From Malacoraja senta (lineage: Eukaryota), in the NCBI GenBank assembly GCA_038087875.1, contig CM075988.1, positions 20,400,001 through 20,464,000 of the forward strand: DNA of 64,000 nt, written 5' to 3'. Numbering within the stretch: position 1 is the stretch's first letter; the number at the start of each line of letters is the position of its first letter. Position numbers and translations under genes: made by a program. Below the pieces are notes generated by a model that worked only from the letters and a program-made list of their open reading frames with translations, made no database searches and was not told the DNA's origin. Positions 63,621 to 64,000 of this stretch are shown piece by piece.

Positions 63621-64000
63621 TGCTTAATACATGACCTGACAGTGGAGTCCCATTGTACTAAGAAGCAGAATGGCCAATGCAGGTTTCTGGATAGCTTGAT
63701 ATAAAGGATGTCTGAAATTAATGACACATATGCTTTCTTGGAATTTTGTGCAGAAATGCACGCTCTTTCACTTGATTAGATTTTCCTTGAAACAGAACAT
63801 GTACAAGCTCTGCAGCAGATGAAGATTTGAGCGACCAGCTGGCAGACTGACTTGTTTATTGATGTGGAGATTGCCACAAAGTGGGCTGAGCATTCTTCCG
63901 TGAAATCAGAACATCTTGGGACCAGTCTGCCAGCTTGATCATGGGTTAGAGCAAAGATGTTGCTTAACATTGTCAGATACATCTGTTCTTGGATGTTTGC

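Overview
Repeat-dominated, non-coding vertebrate DNA. The repeat content points to a cartilaginous fish, probably a skate or ray (inference): HE1-type tRNA-derived V-SINEs, CR1/HER1-type LINEs, Rex1/Babar LINE ends and Penelope-like fragments. No host protein-coding gene could be recognised; nearly all ORFs in the track are transposon fragments, their antisense shadows or microsatellite artefacts. Main contents: (i) many CR1 3' fragments and one 2.9-kb copy with an almost complete but disabled ORF2 (43367-46262, minus); (ii) about 20 HE1-like SINEs; (iii) more than 20 short Penelope-derived elements with a minimal hammerhead-ribozyme-like core (CTGAAGA-A-GGG..CCC-GAAA-CGTC), several bounded by 8-15 bp target-site duplications (TSDs), some inserted as palindromic dimers, and two still attached to GIY-YIG endonuclease coding sequence; (iv) a 948-bp solo LTR; (v) two PIF/Harbinger-type MITEs; (vi) an L1-like 3' end flanked by a ~142-bp direct duplication; (vii) a ~620-bp TA/CA microsatellite; (viii) repeat-free islands that may hold enhancers or small exons. 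Family names come from my recall of these repeat families, not from a database search. Boundaries of old repeats are approximate.
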